Shown here: in pieces, positions 32,714 through 43,985 of the stretch
How positions within the stretch are numbered: the stretch's first letter is position 1
Layout of the letters: each line of letters opens with the position of its first letter
Assembly (NCBI GenBank): GCA_965650905.1
Contig: CBFGQM010000001.1
Location: 1-47,435, forward strand
Origin: an uncultured Streptomyces sp.
GTDB lineage: Bacteria > Actinomycetota > Actinomycetes > Streptomycetales > Streptomycetaceae
Direction: 5' to 3'
DNA: 47,435 bases
Position numbers and translations under genes: made by a program
The notes under the pieces: model-generated
Told to the model about the DNA's origin: nothing
Seen by the model: only the letters and a program-made list of their open reading frames with translations
Databases searched by the model: none

Positions 32714-35664
32714 GCTCCCCGGGGGCACCGCCGGCCCGCCGCCGGGTGGCCGGCGGCAGGGCGAGCCTGGTCCCGCAGCTCGTACTGGCCCTGGTGTGCG
32801 CGGGATACGCCGTCGGTGCCGCGTTCGGCTGGGGCTCGGGGACTCTCGCGCTGGTCATGGGCGACTTCGGGCTGAGCGCGGCGGCCGCCGCCGCGGCCGT
32901 GTCCTGCTTCCTCTACGCCCGCACTCCCCACAGCCGTTTTCGACCCGCGTGGCTGCTGTTCGCACTCTCCTCCGCGATGACGGCCGCGGGCAATTTCGTC
33001 TGGGGATGGTACGAAGTCGTCCTGGGCCGACCGGTGCCCAGCCCGAGCTGCGCCGACCTGTTCTTCCTGTGCTTCGCGCCGCCGGCCATCGTGGGACTGC
33101 TCGTGCTCGCCAAGCGACCGGTGAGCAAGGCCGGCTGGGTCTGTCTGGCGCTGGACGCCTGGCTGATCGGCGGCTCGCTGCTCACGCTGGCCTGGAGCCT
33201 CGCGCTCGCCCAGGCGGCCATGGCGGAGAAGCCGAGCGTCGCGCACACCGCGCTGTCACTCGCGTACCCCCTGCTGGACATCGCGCTGGTGAGCATGGTG
33301 CTGGCGCTGCACTTCAGGCGTTCGCCCGTGCACCGGTCAGCGGTGAACACCGCGATCGGCGCACTCGCCGTGACGGTGATGTGCGACGCGCTGTTCACCT
33401 CACCACTGCTGCACAGCAGCTACCGCTCCGGGCAGTTGCTCGACGCCGGCTGGTTGGCCGGGTCACTGCTGCTCGCCTACGCCCCCTGGGTGGGGCAGCG
33501 ACACGGACAGGCGGAAGTAGAGGGGCGCGCGCGCGTGGTGGTCGACCATGCGCCAGAGCCCCGCCACGGACAACCGGCACTGGTGCCCCTCCAGGAAGGT
33601 CTCAGCAGGTATCCGGCCAACCGGCCCATCGCCGGTTCGCTGGCGGCGCTCACGCCCTATCTGGCCGCGGCCGTCTGCACGTTGGGCATCCTCTACAACG
33701 TGCTCAACGGCCGCACAGTCGACCGCGTGGTGCTCATCACCGGCGGCACGGTCGTCCTCGCACTCGTCGTACGCCAGGGCATCATGCTTGTCGACAACAT
33801 CACCCTCACGCAGGAACTGGCGGAAAAAGAGAACCACTTCCGCTCCCTGGTGCAGGACTCCAGCGACGTCATCATGATCGCCGCCCCGAACGGCACCCTC
33901 CGGTACGTCAGCCCGGCCGCCGCCGGGGTCTACGGGCGGGACGCCGAGGAACTCGTCGGCTGTGAGCTCGCCTCGCTCATCCATCCCGAGGATCTCGGCT
34001 GCGTGGTGCACGAGGTGCGCCGGTTCCTCGCCGCCAGTCCGGCCGACGAGCCCACCACTCGCATCGAGTGCCGTTTCAAGTCCGGCGACGGCGGCTGGCT
34101 CAATGTCGAGTCGACGGTGAACCGGCACCACGGCGGCCTCATCTTCAACAGCCGTGACGTGACCGAGCGGGTGCGGCTGCAGGCCCAGTTGCAGCACAAC
34201 GCCGAGCACGACCCGCTCACCGACCTGCCCAACCGCGCCCTGTTCACCAAGCGCGTCGGACAGGCCCTCTCCGGCTGCCGCGCCTCCGACCGCCGCACCG
34301 CCGTCCTCTTCATCGATCTCGACGGTTTCAAGGCAGTCAACGACACGATCGGGCACCAGGCCGGCGACGCGCTCCTCATCCAGGCAGCCCGCAGACTCCA
34401 GGACGCGGTACGCCAGGGGGACACCGCCTCCCGGCTCGGCGGCGACGAGTTCGCGGCCCTCATCGTCGGCGACGGCACCCGCGACCACACCGCGCGCGAG
34501 CATCAGATCTTCGAGCTCGCCGACCGCCTCCGCGTCACCCTCTCGCAGCCGTACTCCATCGACGGAAACGATGTCCGGGTCGCCGCGTCCATCGGTGTCG
34601 CCTTCGCAGAACCGGGCCTCGGCGCGGGCGAGCTGCTGCGCAACGCCGACCTCGCGATGTACCGCGCCAAGGCCGCGGGCAAGGGCCGTGTCGAGCTGTA
34701 CGCGCCACAGATGCAGCAGGACGTCGCACGGAAGGCGGAGCTGGCGACCCGGCTGCGCGCCGCCCCGCACGACGGTGAGTTCGCGCTGCTGCACCAGCCG
34801 GTGGTCTCCCTGTGCACCGGCCGGATCACGACGGTCTCCGCGCAGGCGCGCTGGCGTTCGGCCCAGGATGTGCTGTTCACACCCGCCGAGTTCCTGCGCG
34901 TCGCCGAGGACAGTGACCGCACCGCCGAGCTCGGCCGCTGGATGCTGGAGGAGGCCGTCGAGCAGGCCGCCGAGCGCGCCGCCACCGGACTCGCCGTGCC
35001 TGTCGCCGTCCGGATGACGGCGCGTCGGCTCCTCGACCGGTCCATGCCCCTCAGCCGCATCGAGACTCTGCTGACCCGGCACGGCCTGGCCTCCGGGGCC
35101 CTGGTCATCGAGCTGGCCGAAACGGACCAACGGGTCTCACTGGACGACCTCGAGCGCCGTCTGAACGCGCTCAGGCGCCTCGGCGTCCGGATCGCCCTGG
35201 ACGGCTTCGGCGGCGGCTACGCGGCGATCACCGCACTGCGGCGCCTGCCCGTCGACGTCATGAGGCTCGACCGCGGTCTGGTCGAGGGCGTCGTGGAGTC
35301 GGCCCGTCTGCACAAGATCACCAGCGGGCTGCTCCGTATCGCGGGCGACCTGGGACTGCAGTCCGAGGCGGACGGCGTGGACCGGCCCGAGCAGGTCGTC
35401 GCCCTGCGTGAGATGGGGTGCACGCACGGCCAGGGCAGGGCGTTCTCCGAACCTCTCGACGAGTACCGGCTGCGCCGTGCGCTTGCTTCCGGTCACTACT
35501 CCGTGCCGGGCAGCCCGGCCGGGCCGGTCTTCGTGGGCGGCGGCGTGGCCGGGGTCTACGCAGGTGGGGGCGCTGGTGCCCCTACGGCCGGCGGCTCGCC
35601 GGGAGCGCACGGGACCGGGACGGCCCTACGCTCACATCATGAGACCCCTGTCCCACCAACTTGA
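32710..35664 (+). CDS. cdgC: Membrane PAS-GGDEF-degenerate EAL diguanylate cyclase
   Basis: About 10 TM segments, PAS (IHPED), RLGGDEF; the EAL domain is degenerate (SAQARW, LDGFGGG); directly upstream of ilvB. Confidence 0.88.
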   Translation: MSSPGAPPARRRVAGGRASLVPQLVLALVCAGYAVGAAFGWGSGTLALVMGDFGLSAAAAAAAVSCFLYARTPHSRFRPAWLLFALSSAMTAAGNFVWGWYEVVLGRPVPSPSCADLFFLCFAPPAIVGLLVLAKRPVSKAGWVCLALDAWLIGGSLLTLAWSLALAQAAMAEKPSVAHTALSLAYPLLDIALVSMVLALHFRRSPVHRSAVNTAIGALAVTVMCDALFTSPLLHSSYRSGQLLDAGWLAGSLLLAYAPWVGQRHGQAEVEGRARVVVDHAPEPRHGQPALVPLQEGLSRYPANRPIAGSLAALTPYLAAAVCTLGILYNVLNGRTVDRVVLITGGTVVLALVVRQGIMLVDNITLTQELAEKENHFRSLVQDSSDVIMIAAPNGTLRYVSPAAAGVYGRDAEELVGCELASLIHPEDLGCVVHEVRRFLAASPADEPTTRIECRFKSGDGGWLNVESTVNRHHGGLIFNSRDVTERVRLQAQLQHNAEHDPLTDLPNRALFTKRVGQALSGCRASDRRTAVLFIDLDGFKAVNDTIGHQAGDALLIQAARRLQDAVRQGDTASRLGGDEFAALIVGDGTRDHTAREHQIFELADRLRVTLSQPYSIDGNDVRVAASIGVAFAEPGLGAGELLRNADLAMYRAKAAGKGRVELYAPQMQQDVARKAELATRLRAAPHDGEFALLHQPVVSLCTGRITTVSAQARWRSAQDVLFTPAEFLRVAEDSDRTAELGRWMLEEAVEQAAERAATGLAVPVAVRMTARRLLDRSMPLSRIETLLTRHGLASGALVIELAETDQRVSLDDLERRLNALRRLGVRIALDGFGGGYAAITALRRLPVDVMRLDRGLVEGVVESARLHKITSGLLRIAGDLGLQSEADGVDRPEQVVALREMGCTHGQGRAFSEPLDEYRLRRALASGHYSVPGSPAGPVFVGGGVAGVYAGGGAGAPTAGGSPGAHGTGTALRSHHETPVPPT
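35630..35644. promoter_or_regulatory. Candidate IclR/NdgR-type operator before the ilvB promoter
   Basis: gCTCA-catca-TGAGa just upstream of TTGACA (35661-35666). Confidence 0.45.
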
Positions 35665-35697
35665 CAGGCGCAGCATGCCGGGGAGAGGGTCTGTGCC

Positions 35698-35739
35698 ATG
35701 CGCACACGAATTCTCGTACGTGGAAAGCGCGTCGGCTGA
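35698..35739 (+). CDS. ilvB attenuator leader peptide [13 protein letters not shown]
   Basis: Leaderless ATG, Ile-Leu-Val cluster, followed by a terminator. Confidence 0.85.
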   Translation: MRTRILVRGKRVG

Positions 35740-35796
35740 GCTGGGAATGACCCGACCGAATGAACCGGTACTCCCAGCGACCGCACCCGACGCGCT

Positions 35797-35833
35797 CCCC
35801 TCGCTTGCCTCACGGCACGAGGGGTTTTTTGTT
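35797..35833 (+). terminator. ilvB attenuator terminator
   Basis: cccctcg...cgagggg followed by ttttttgtt. Confidence 0.9.
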
Positions 35834-35893
35834 GCACGGGCGCCAGTCGTACACCGCACAAACTTTGCAAAAACCCTCAGCATCGAGAAGAGA

Positions 35894-37747
35894 ATGCCGA
35901 TGAGCGAGCAGGCCACCGGGGCCCACCATCCGCAGCCGCGGCCCCGTTCCGGAGGGCAGTCCGCGCCCGAGTACGTCACGGGTGCGCAGTCCCTCATCCG
36001 TTCTCTCGAGGAGGTCGGAGCCGAGACGGTATTCGGCATCCCCGGCGGCGCGATCCTCCCGGCCTACGATCCGCTGATGGACTCCACCCGGGTGCGGCAT
36101 GTGCTGGTCCGGCACGAGCAGGGCGCTGGTCACGCGGCCACCGGTTACGCGCAGGCCACCGGCAGGGTCGGTGTCTGCATGGCGACGTCGGGCCCCGGAG
36201 CCACCAACCTGGTCACACCGATCGCCGACGCGCACATGGACTCCGTGCCGCTGGTCGCGATCACCGGCCAGGTCGCCTCCAAGGCGATCGGCACGGACGC
36301 CTTCCAGGAGGCGGACATCGTCGGCATCACCATGCCGATCACCAAGCACAACTTCCTGGTCACCAAGGCCGAGGACATCCCGCGGACCATCGCCGAGGCC
36401 TTCCACATCGCCTCCACCGGCCGCCCCGGCCCGGTCCTGGTGGACATCGCCAAGGACGCCCTCCAGGCGCGTACCACCTTCCAGTGGCCGCCCGCCCACG
36501 AGCTGCCCGGCTACCGCCCGGTGACCAAGCCGCACGCCAAGCAGATCCGCGAGGCCGCCAAGCTGATCACCCAGGCCGAGCGGCCCGTCCTCTACGTCGG
36601 CGGCGGCGTCCTCAAGGCGCACGCGACCGCCGAGCTGAAGGTCCTCGCGGAGGTCACCCAAGCGCCCGTCACCACCACGCTGATGGCGCTCGGCGCATTC
36701 CCCGACAGCCACCCGCTGCACGTGGGAATGCCGGGCATGCACGGTTCGGTCACCGCCGTCACCGCGCTGCAGAGGGCCGACCTGATCGTCGCCCTCGGAG
36801 CCCGCTTCGACGACCGCGTCACCGGCAAGCTGGACAGCTTCGCCCCCTACGCCAAGATCGTCCACGCCGACATCGATCCGGCCGAGATCGGCAAGAACCG
36901 CGCCGCCGACGTGCCGATCGTCGGCGACGCCCGCGAGGTCATCGCCGACCTGATCCAGGCCGTGCAGAAGGAACACAGCGAGGGGAACACCGGCGACTAC
37001 AGCGCCTGGTGGAAGGACCTGAGCCGCTGGCGCGAGACCTACCCGCTCGGCTACGACCAGCCCGAGGACGGCTCACTCTCGCCGCAGCAGGTCATCGAGC
37101 GCATCGGGCGACTCGCCCCGGAGGGCACGGTCTTCGCGGCGGGCGTCGGTCAGCACCAGATGTGGTCCGCGCACTTCATCCAGTACGAGAAGCCCGCGAC
37201 CTGGCTCAACTCCGGCGGCGCCGGAACCATGGGTTACGCGGTGCCCGCCGCCATGGGAGCCAAGGCGGGGCAGCCGGATCGTACGGTCTGGGCGATCGAC
37301 GGCGACGGCTGCTTCCAGATGACCAATCAGGAGCTCACCACCTGCGCCCTGAACAACATCCCGATCAAGGTCGCCATCATCAACAACGGCGCCCTCGGGA
37401 TGGTCCGCCAGTGGCAGACCCTGTTCTACAACCAGCGCTACTCCAACACCGTGCTGCACTCCGGCCCGGAGGCGGACGGCAGGCAGCAGAGCGCCGGCAC
37501 CCGCGTCCCCGACTTCGTGAAGCTGTCGGAGGCCATGGGCTGCCACGCGATCCGCTGCGAGTCCGTGGACGACCTGGACAAGGTCATCCAGGAGGCCAAC
37601 GAGATCAACGACCGTCCCGTGGTCGTCGACTTCATCGTCCACGAGGACGCGATGGTCTGGCCGATGGTCGCCGCCGGCACCTCGAACGACACGATCATGG
37701 CCGCTCGGGACGTCCGCCCCGACTTCGGCGACAACGAGGACGACTGA
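35894..37747 (+). CDS. ilvB: Acetolactate synthase large subunit
   Basis: [21 protein letters not shown] and ThDP motif GDGCFQM; start at 35894 or 35900. Confidence 0.97.
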   Translation: MPMSEQATGAHHPQPRPRSGGQSAPEYVTGAQSLIRSLEEVGAETVFGIPGGAILPAYDPLMDSTRVRHVLVRHEQGAGHAATGYAQATGRVGVCMATSGPGATNLVTPIADAHMDSVPLVAITGQVASKAIGTDAFQEADIVGITMPITKHNFLVTKAEDIPRTIAEAFHIASTGRPGPVLVDIAKDALQARTTFQWPPAHELPGYRPVTKPHAKQIREAAKLITQAERPVLYVGGGVLKAHATAELKVLAEVTQAPVTTTLMALGAFPDSHPLHVGMPGMHGSVTAVTALQRADLIVALGARFDDRVTGKLDSFAPYAKIVHADIDPAEIGKNRAADVPIVGDAREVIADLIQAVQKEHSEGNTGDYSAWWKDLSRWRETYPLGYDQPEDGSLSPQQVIERIGRLAPEGTVFAAGVGQHQMWSAHFIQYEKPATWLNSGGAGTMGYAVPAAMGAKAGQPDRTVWAIDGDGCFQMTNQELTTCALNNIPIKVAIINNGALGMVRQWQTLFYNQRYSNTVLHSGPEADGRQQSAGTRVPDFVKLSEAMGCHAIRCESVDDLDKVIQEANEINDRPVVVDFIVHEDAMVWPMVAAGTSNDTIMAARDVRPDFGDNEDD

Positions 37748-37789
37748 CGAGACCGCAGAGACGAGAACACAGAGAAGAGACACAGAGAA

Positions 37790-38314
37790 ATGTCCAAGCA
37801 CACGCTCTCGGTTTTGGTCGAGAACAAGCCCGGTGTCCTCGCCCGGATCACCGCCCTGTTCTCCCGCCGCGGCTTCAACATCGACTCGCTCGCGGTCGGT
37901 GTCACCGAGCACCCCGACATCTCCCGCATCACCATCGTGGTGAACGTCGAGGACCTGCCGCTCGAACAGGTCACCAAGCAGCTCAACAAGCTCGTCAACG
38001 TCCTGAAGATCGTCGAACTCGACCCGGGCGCGGCCATTCAGCGGGAACTCGTTCTGGTGAAGGTCCGCGCCGACAACGAGACGCGCTCCCAGATCGTCGA
38101 GATCGTCCAGCTGTTCCGCGCCAAGACGGTGGACGTCTCCCCGGAGGCCGTCACCGTCGAGGCCACCGGCGGCAGCGACAAGCTCGAGGCCATGCTCAAG
38201 ATGCTGGAGCCGTTCGGCATCAAGGAGCTCGTCCAGTCCGGCACGATCGCCGTCGGCCGGGGCGCCCGCTCGATCACCGACCGGTCGCTGCGCGCGCTCG
38301 ACCGGTCCGCGTAA
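37790..38314 (+). CDS. ilvN: Acetolactate synthase small subunit
   Basis: ACT domain LVENKPGVLARI..LFSRRGFNIDSL. Confidence 0.97.
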   Translation: MSKHTLSVLVENKPGVLARITALFSRRGFNIDSLAVGVTEHPDISRITIVVNVEDLPLEQVTKQLNKLVNVLKIVELDPGAAIQRELVLVKVRADNETRSQIVEIVQLFRAKTVDVSPEAVTVEATGGSDKLEAMLKMLEPFGIKELVQSGTIAVGRGARSITDRSLRALDRSA

Positions 38315-39457
<1,143 letters not shown>

Positions 39458-39758
39458 GCTGTGGGCACGGGGCCGCGGCGATCCGCCGCGGCCTCGTCGC
39501 CGAACCTTGGGTAACCGCCCCTTGGCGGCGGTCGGCCACGGACGAGTGATCCCTCCGCGGAGGCGCAGGACGCCCTCCCGACGCCACTACACTGCTGCAT
39601 GTACATACGCGTCAGGCCCACAGCGTCGTGCGTCTTCCACGCGGCTCAGGGAGCGTCCATGGCCTCCTCGGCGTAGAGGAGATCCACCGGACACTGCCTA
39701 CCCTCCACCGTATGTGGCCGTCGGGACGGCCGTCCGCATTGGATATGTGAGGACTCAC

Positions 39759-41348
39759 GTGAGCTCGAAACCTGTCGTACTCATCGCTGAAGAGCTGTCG
39801 CCCGCCACCGTGGACGCGCTGGGCCCGGACTTCGAGATCCGGCACTGAAACGGCGCGGACCGCGCCGAGTTGCTGCCCGCGATCGCCGAGGTCGACGCGA
39901 TCCTGATCCGTTCCGCGACGAGGGTCGACGCCGAGGCCGTCGCGGCGAGCGGTCGTCTGAAGGTCGTCGCACGAGCCGGCGTCGGCCTGGACAACGTCGA
40001 CGTCTCCGCCGCGACCAAGGCCGGCGTCATGGTCGTCAACGCGCCGACCTCGAACATCGTCACGGCCGCCGAGCTCGCCTGCGGCCTGCTCCTGGCCACC
40101 GCGCGCCACATTCCGCAGGCCAACTCCGCACTCAAGAACGGCGAGTGGAAGCGCTCGAAGTACACGGGCGTCGAACTGGCCGAGAAGACCCTCGGTGTCG
40201 TGGGTCTGGGCCGCATCGGCGCGCTCGTCGCCCAGCGCATGTCGGCCTTCGGCATGAAGGTCGTCGCGTACGACCCCTATGTGCAGCCCGCGCGGGCCGC
40301 GCAGATGGGCGTGAAGGTCGTGTCCCTCGACGAGCTGCTCCAGGCGTCGGACTTCATCACCGTGCACCTGCCCAAGACCCCGGAGACCGTCGGTCTCATC
40401 GGCCACGAGGCGCTGCACAAGGTCAAGCCGTCGGTCCGGATCGTGAACGCCGCCCGCGGTGGGATCGTCGACGAGGAGGCGCTGTACTCGGCGCTCAAGG
40501 AGGGCCGCGTCGCCGGCGCCGGCCTCGACGTGTACGCGAAGGAGCCCTGCACGGACTCCCCGCTCTTCGAGCTCGACCAGGTCGTCTCCACCCCGCACCT
40601 CGGCGCCTCGACGGACGAGGCGCAGGAGAAGGCCGGTATCGCCGTCGCCAGGTCGGTGCGCCTCGCGCTCGCCGGTGAGCTCGTCCCGGACGCCGTGAAC
40701 GTCCAGGGCGGCGTCATCGCCGAGGACGTCAGGCCGGGTCTGCCGCTCGCCGAGAACCTCGGCCGCATCTTCACCGCGCTCGCGGGCGAGGTCGCGGCCC
40801 GCCTCGACGTCGAGGTGTACGGCGAGATCACCCAGCACGACGTCAAGGTGCTCGAACTCTCCGCGCTGAAGGGCGTGTTCGAGGACGTCGTCGAGGAGAC
40901 GGTGTCGTACGTCAACGCTCCGCTGTTCGCGCAGGAGCGCGGTGTGGAGGTCCGCCTGACCACCAGCTCGGAGTCCCCGGACCACCGGAACGTGGTGACC
41001 GTGCGCGGCACCCTCGGCGACGGCCAGGAGGTCTCGGTCGCCGGTACGCTCGCCGGCCCGAAGCACCACCAGAAGATCGTCTCGGTGGGTGAGTACGACG
41101 TGGACCTGGCGCTCGCCGACCACATGGTCGTCTTCAAGTACGCCGACCGCCCGGGTGTCGTCGGCACCCTCGGCCGCATCCTCGGTGAGGCGGGCATCAA
41201 CATCGCGGGCATGCAGGTCTCCCGTGCGGTCGCGGGCGGCGAGGCGCTGGCGATCCTGACGGTGGACGACACGGTTCCGCAGCCGGTCCTGAACGAGCTG
41301 GCCGAGGAGATCGGTGCGACGTCGGCTCGGTCGGTCAACCTGGTCTGA
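39759..41348 (+). pseudogene. serA: D-3-phosphoglycerate dehydrogenase interrupted by an in-frame TGA at 39846-39848
   Basis: GTG 39759 (MSSKPVVLIAEELSPATVDALGPDFEIRH*NGADRAEL) continues in frame to ARAGVGLDNVD, GLGRIG, TPHLGAST and a C-terminal ACT domain. Confidence 0.85.
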
Positions 41349-41359
41349 CAGTTCGTTCA

Positions 41360-41404
41360 CGGAAAGGGTCCGAGCCGCCTGCAAGGCGGCTCGGACCCTT
41401 TCCG
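41360..41404. terminator. 21-bp perfect hairpin after serA
   Basis: cggaaagggtccgagccgcct-gca-aggcggctcggaccctttccg. Confidence 0.85.
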
Positions 41405-41580
41405 CCCGTCTCCCGCCCGGCCCGGCCGCCCGGTGTGCACGCCGGTTTCCACAGGCCACGCTGGTTTCAACAGGCTTGCCTGAAGCGTCACTGACGTAGG
41501 CCGACGGTCTTGTCGGTTCGTCCGGATCTCGGCCCGTGTCCGGCCGAAGCCACTCGGAGCTCGGACTAGGGACGGGATAC

Positions 41581-42789
41581 TCAGAGGCGGTGCGCCTTGA
41601 GGGCCATGTGGAGGAGCAGGCGGTCCTCGCCGTCGTCCAGGTCCAGACCGGTGAGCTTCTCTACGCGGGACAGGCGGTAGTAGAGGGTCTGCCGGTGGAT
41701 GCCCAGGCGCGCCGCCGTGCGGCCGGCCTGGCCGGCGCAGTCGAGGAAGACCTCGGCGGTGCGGGCCAGTTCGTGGTGGGCGGGCGCCAGCAGCGGGCGT
41801 ACGGCGTGGTCGTGGGCGGTCTCGGCAGGGAGCGCCGTCAGCAGGCGGAACGGACCGATGGACGACCACTCGGCGACCGGCCCCAGCCGCGGGTCGGCCA
41901 GTGCCGCGCGGGCCGCGGCCGACGCCTCCTGCCAGGCGGTATCCAGCTCGCCGAGACCGCTCCGGGGCGCGGCGATCCCGGCGGCATGCCCGCCTTCGGG
42001 CTGCCGCACACCACTGTCCGCCTCCCGCAGCAGCCGCGCGGCCGCCGAAGTCGCCGGTGTCAGCACCGCCGACGAGCGCAGCCGTACCAGTAGGGCCAGG
42101 CTGTGGCCGGTGGTACCCCATGGGACTGTGCACAGGGCCGTCGCCCCCGGGACCGTACGGACCGAGGGTGCGTCGTCCGGGTCGGCGGACGGCCAGGGGG
42201 TCACGCACACCACCGTGTGGAGGCCGTCGCCGCGTACGCCCAGTGCCGTACGGAGTTCGGCCACTTCCATGTCGTGTTGCCAGCCGCGTTCGGCCGTCAG
42301 GACGGCGCGCAGTTCACGCGTCAGGTCCGCGCCCGCCTGGGCCTCGTCCGCGAGGAGTGCGCCGATGCGGGGCGTGACCGCCATGGCGGCGGCGAGCCGG
42401 CTCTCGCTGGGGCCCGGATCGTCGGCGAGGAGCCATACGTAACCGAGGACGACTCCGCGATGGCGTACCGGAAGGCAGATGCGCCCACGGTAGACGCCGG
42501 CCTCGGGTGTCGGCGGGATGCGGACCGGGCCGGTGGCACGGGCGATGCCGAAGCTCTCGAACCAGGTGCGGACCGCCGTGGTGGAGCGGCGCGTGAGGAT
42601 AGAACGGGTGCGCACGGGGTCGAGGGCGGACTCGTCGATGTCGCTGTCGCTGTCGTACGCGCCGAAGGCGATCAGCTCGAAGTCCCGGTTCTCCAGCGTC
42701 GCGGGGGCGCCGAGAAGCTCCGAGATCTCGTCGACCAGCTCTTGGTAATCGCTTTTGTAATCGCCGTTCACTCGGGCATTCTCCCGCAT
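41581..42789 (-). CDS. PucR/CdaR-family regulator of proline utilisation
   Basis: C-terminal [19 protein letters not shown]; divergent from proline dehydrogenase; start uncertain (42789 or GTG 42771). Confidence 0.9.
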   Translation of the reverse strand: MRENARVNGDYKSDYQELVDEISELLGAPATLENRDFELIAFGAYDSDSDIDESALDPVRTRSILTRRSTTAVRTWFESFGIARATGPVRIPPTPEAGVYRGRICLPVRHRGVVLGYVWLLADDPGPSESRLAAAMAVTPRIGALLADEAQAGADLTRELRAVLTAERGWQHDMEVAELRTALGVRGDGLHTVVCVTPWPSADPDDAPSVRTVPGATALCTVPWGTTGHSLALLVRLRSSAVLTPATSAAARLLREADSGVRQPEGGHAAGIAAPRSGLGELDTAWQEASAAARAALADPRLGPVAEWSSIGPFRLLTALPAETAHDHAVRPLLAPAHHELARTAEVFLDCAGQAGRTAARLGIHRQTLYYRLSRVEKLTGLDLDDGEDRLLLHMALKAHRL

Positions 42790-42805
42790 TTTCCGTGCAC
42801 GTCAT

Positions 42806-42847
42806 ACAGATGTCTGAGATCCAGGGCACGGATGCGTGACAGCTGTC
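42806..42847. promoter_or_regulatory. Candidate PucR-type operator pair
   Basis: acagatgtc and acagctgtc 33 bp apart, upstream of TAGGTT -10 (42873-42878). Confidence 0.4.
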
Positions 42848-42965
42848 GATGGCCGACGATCAGAGGAATCCCTAGGTTTCACGGTGGTTCTCCGCGCCGT
42901 CACCGAAGCGTTCCCCCGGACGTGCGGTGACGGCTCCCCATGGTCCTTGCCTCTGGAGGTGCCCC

Positions 42966-43949
42966 GTGCTGGGTCCCGTGATTCTCGCCGCTTCGCGTAG
43001 CCACAAAATGCGCCGCCTGGTGTCGGCCGCCCCGGTGACCAAGCCGGTGGTGGAACGGTTCATCGCCGGTGAGACGGTCGACGATGTCGTACCGATCGTC
43101 AAGAACCTCACCGACAGAGGTCTCGAGATCACCCTGGATGTGGTCGGCGAGGACATCACCGCCCCCGAACAGTCGACGGCGGCGCGCGACGCGTACCTGG
43201 AGCTGATCGACCGCCTCGAAGGCCTGGACCTGGGCGCCCGGGCCGAGATGTCGGTCAAGCTGTCGCTGTTCGGCCAGGCCCTCCCGTCGCCCACCACCAC
43301 CCTCGACCGAGGATCCTTGGGGTCCTCCCCTCCTGTTCCGTCCGGCGGCCACGAGCTTGCGCTCGCCAACGTCCGCCCGGTCGTCGAGGCCGCCGCCCGC
43401 ATCGGCACCACCGTCACACTGGACGCGGAGGACCACACCACCCTCGACTCGATGTTCGCCATCCACGAGGAGCTGCGGAAGGACTTCCCGGAGACCGGCT
43501 GCGTGATCCAGGCCTATCTCTTCCGTACCGAGGACGACGCCCGCCGTCTTGCCGCGAACGGCAGCCGCGTGCGTATCGTGAAGGGGGCGTACAAGGAGCC
43601 CGCTTCGGTCGCGTACCAGGACAAGGCCGAGATCGACAAGGCGTACGTCCGCATCCTCAAGATCCTGATGGAGGGTGAGGGGTACCCGATGATCGGGTCC
43701 CACGACCCGCGGCTCATCGCCATCACCCAGGAACTGGCCCGGCGCGGGGGGCGCAAGCTGGACGAGTACGAGTTCCAGATGCTGTACGGCATCCGCGGCG
43801 ACGAGCAGATCCGGCTCGCCGCCGAGGGGCACCGCGTGCGCGTCTACACCGCGTACGGCACCGACTGGTACGGCTACTTCATGCGCCGCCTCGCGGAGAA
43901 ACCGGCCAACCTGCGCTTTTTCGCTCGCTCGATGCTCACCAAGGGCTGA
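42966..43949 (+). CDS. Monofunctional proline dehydrogenase (with a 19-aa insertion)
   Basis: RFIAGE, LDAE, RIVKGAY, EFQMLYG and YFMRRLAE motifs; GTG after GGAGG. Confidence 0.94.
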   Translation: MLGPVILAASRSHKMRRLVSAAPVTKPVVERFIAGETVDDVVPIVKNLTDRGLEITLDVVGEDITAPEQSTAARDAYLELIDRLEGLDLGARAEMSVKLSLFGQALPSPTTTLDRGSLGSSPPVPSGGHELALANVRPVVEAAARIGTTVTLDAEDHTTLDSMFAIHEELRKDFPETGCVIQAYLFRTEDDARRLAANGSRVRIVKGAYKEPASVAYQDKAEIDKAYVRILKILMEGEGYPMIGSHDPRLIAITQELARRGGRKLDEYEFQMLYGIRGDEQIRLAAEGHRVRVYTAYGTDWYGYFMRRLAEKPANLRFFARSMLTKG

Positions 43950-43985
43950 GTCCGAACCACCGCTCACCAAGGAGTTACGGAAAAC

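Noticed and set aside
34780-35450. Degenerate EAL domain as a sign of pseudogenisation
   Set aside because: A degenerate EAL domain is the established state of CdgC; the GGDEF motif is intact.
35408-35893. Long N-terminal extension of IlvB (similarly MnmA from 14295 and RmdB from 22284)
   Set aside because: These extensions run through promoters, attenuators or other genes; internal starts with an RBS or -10 fit better.
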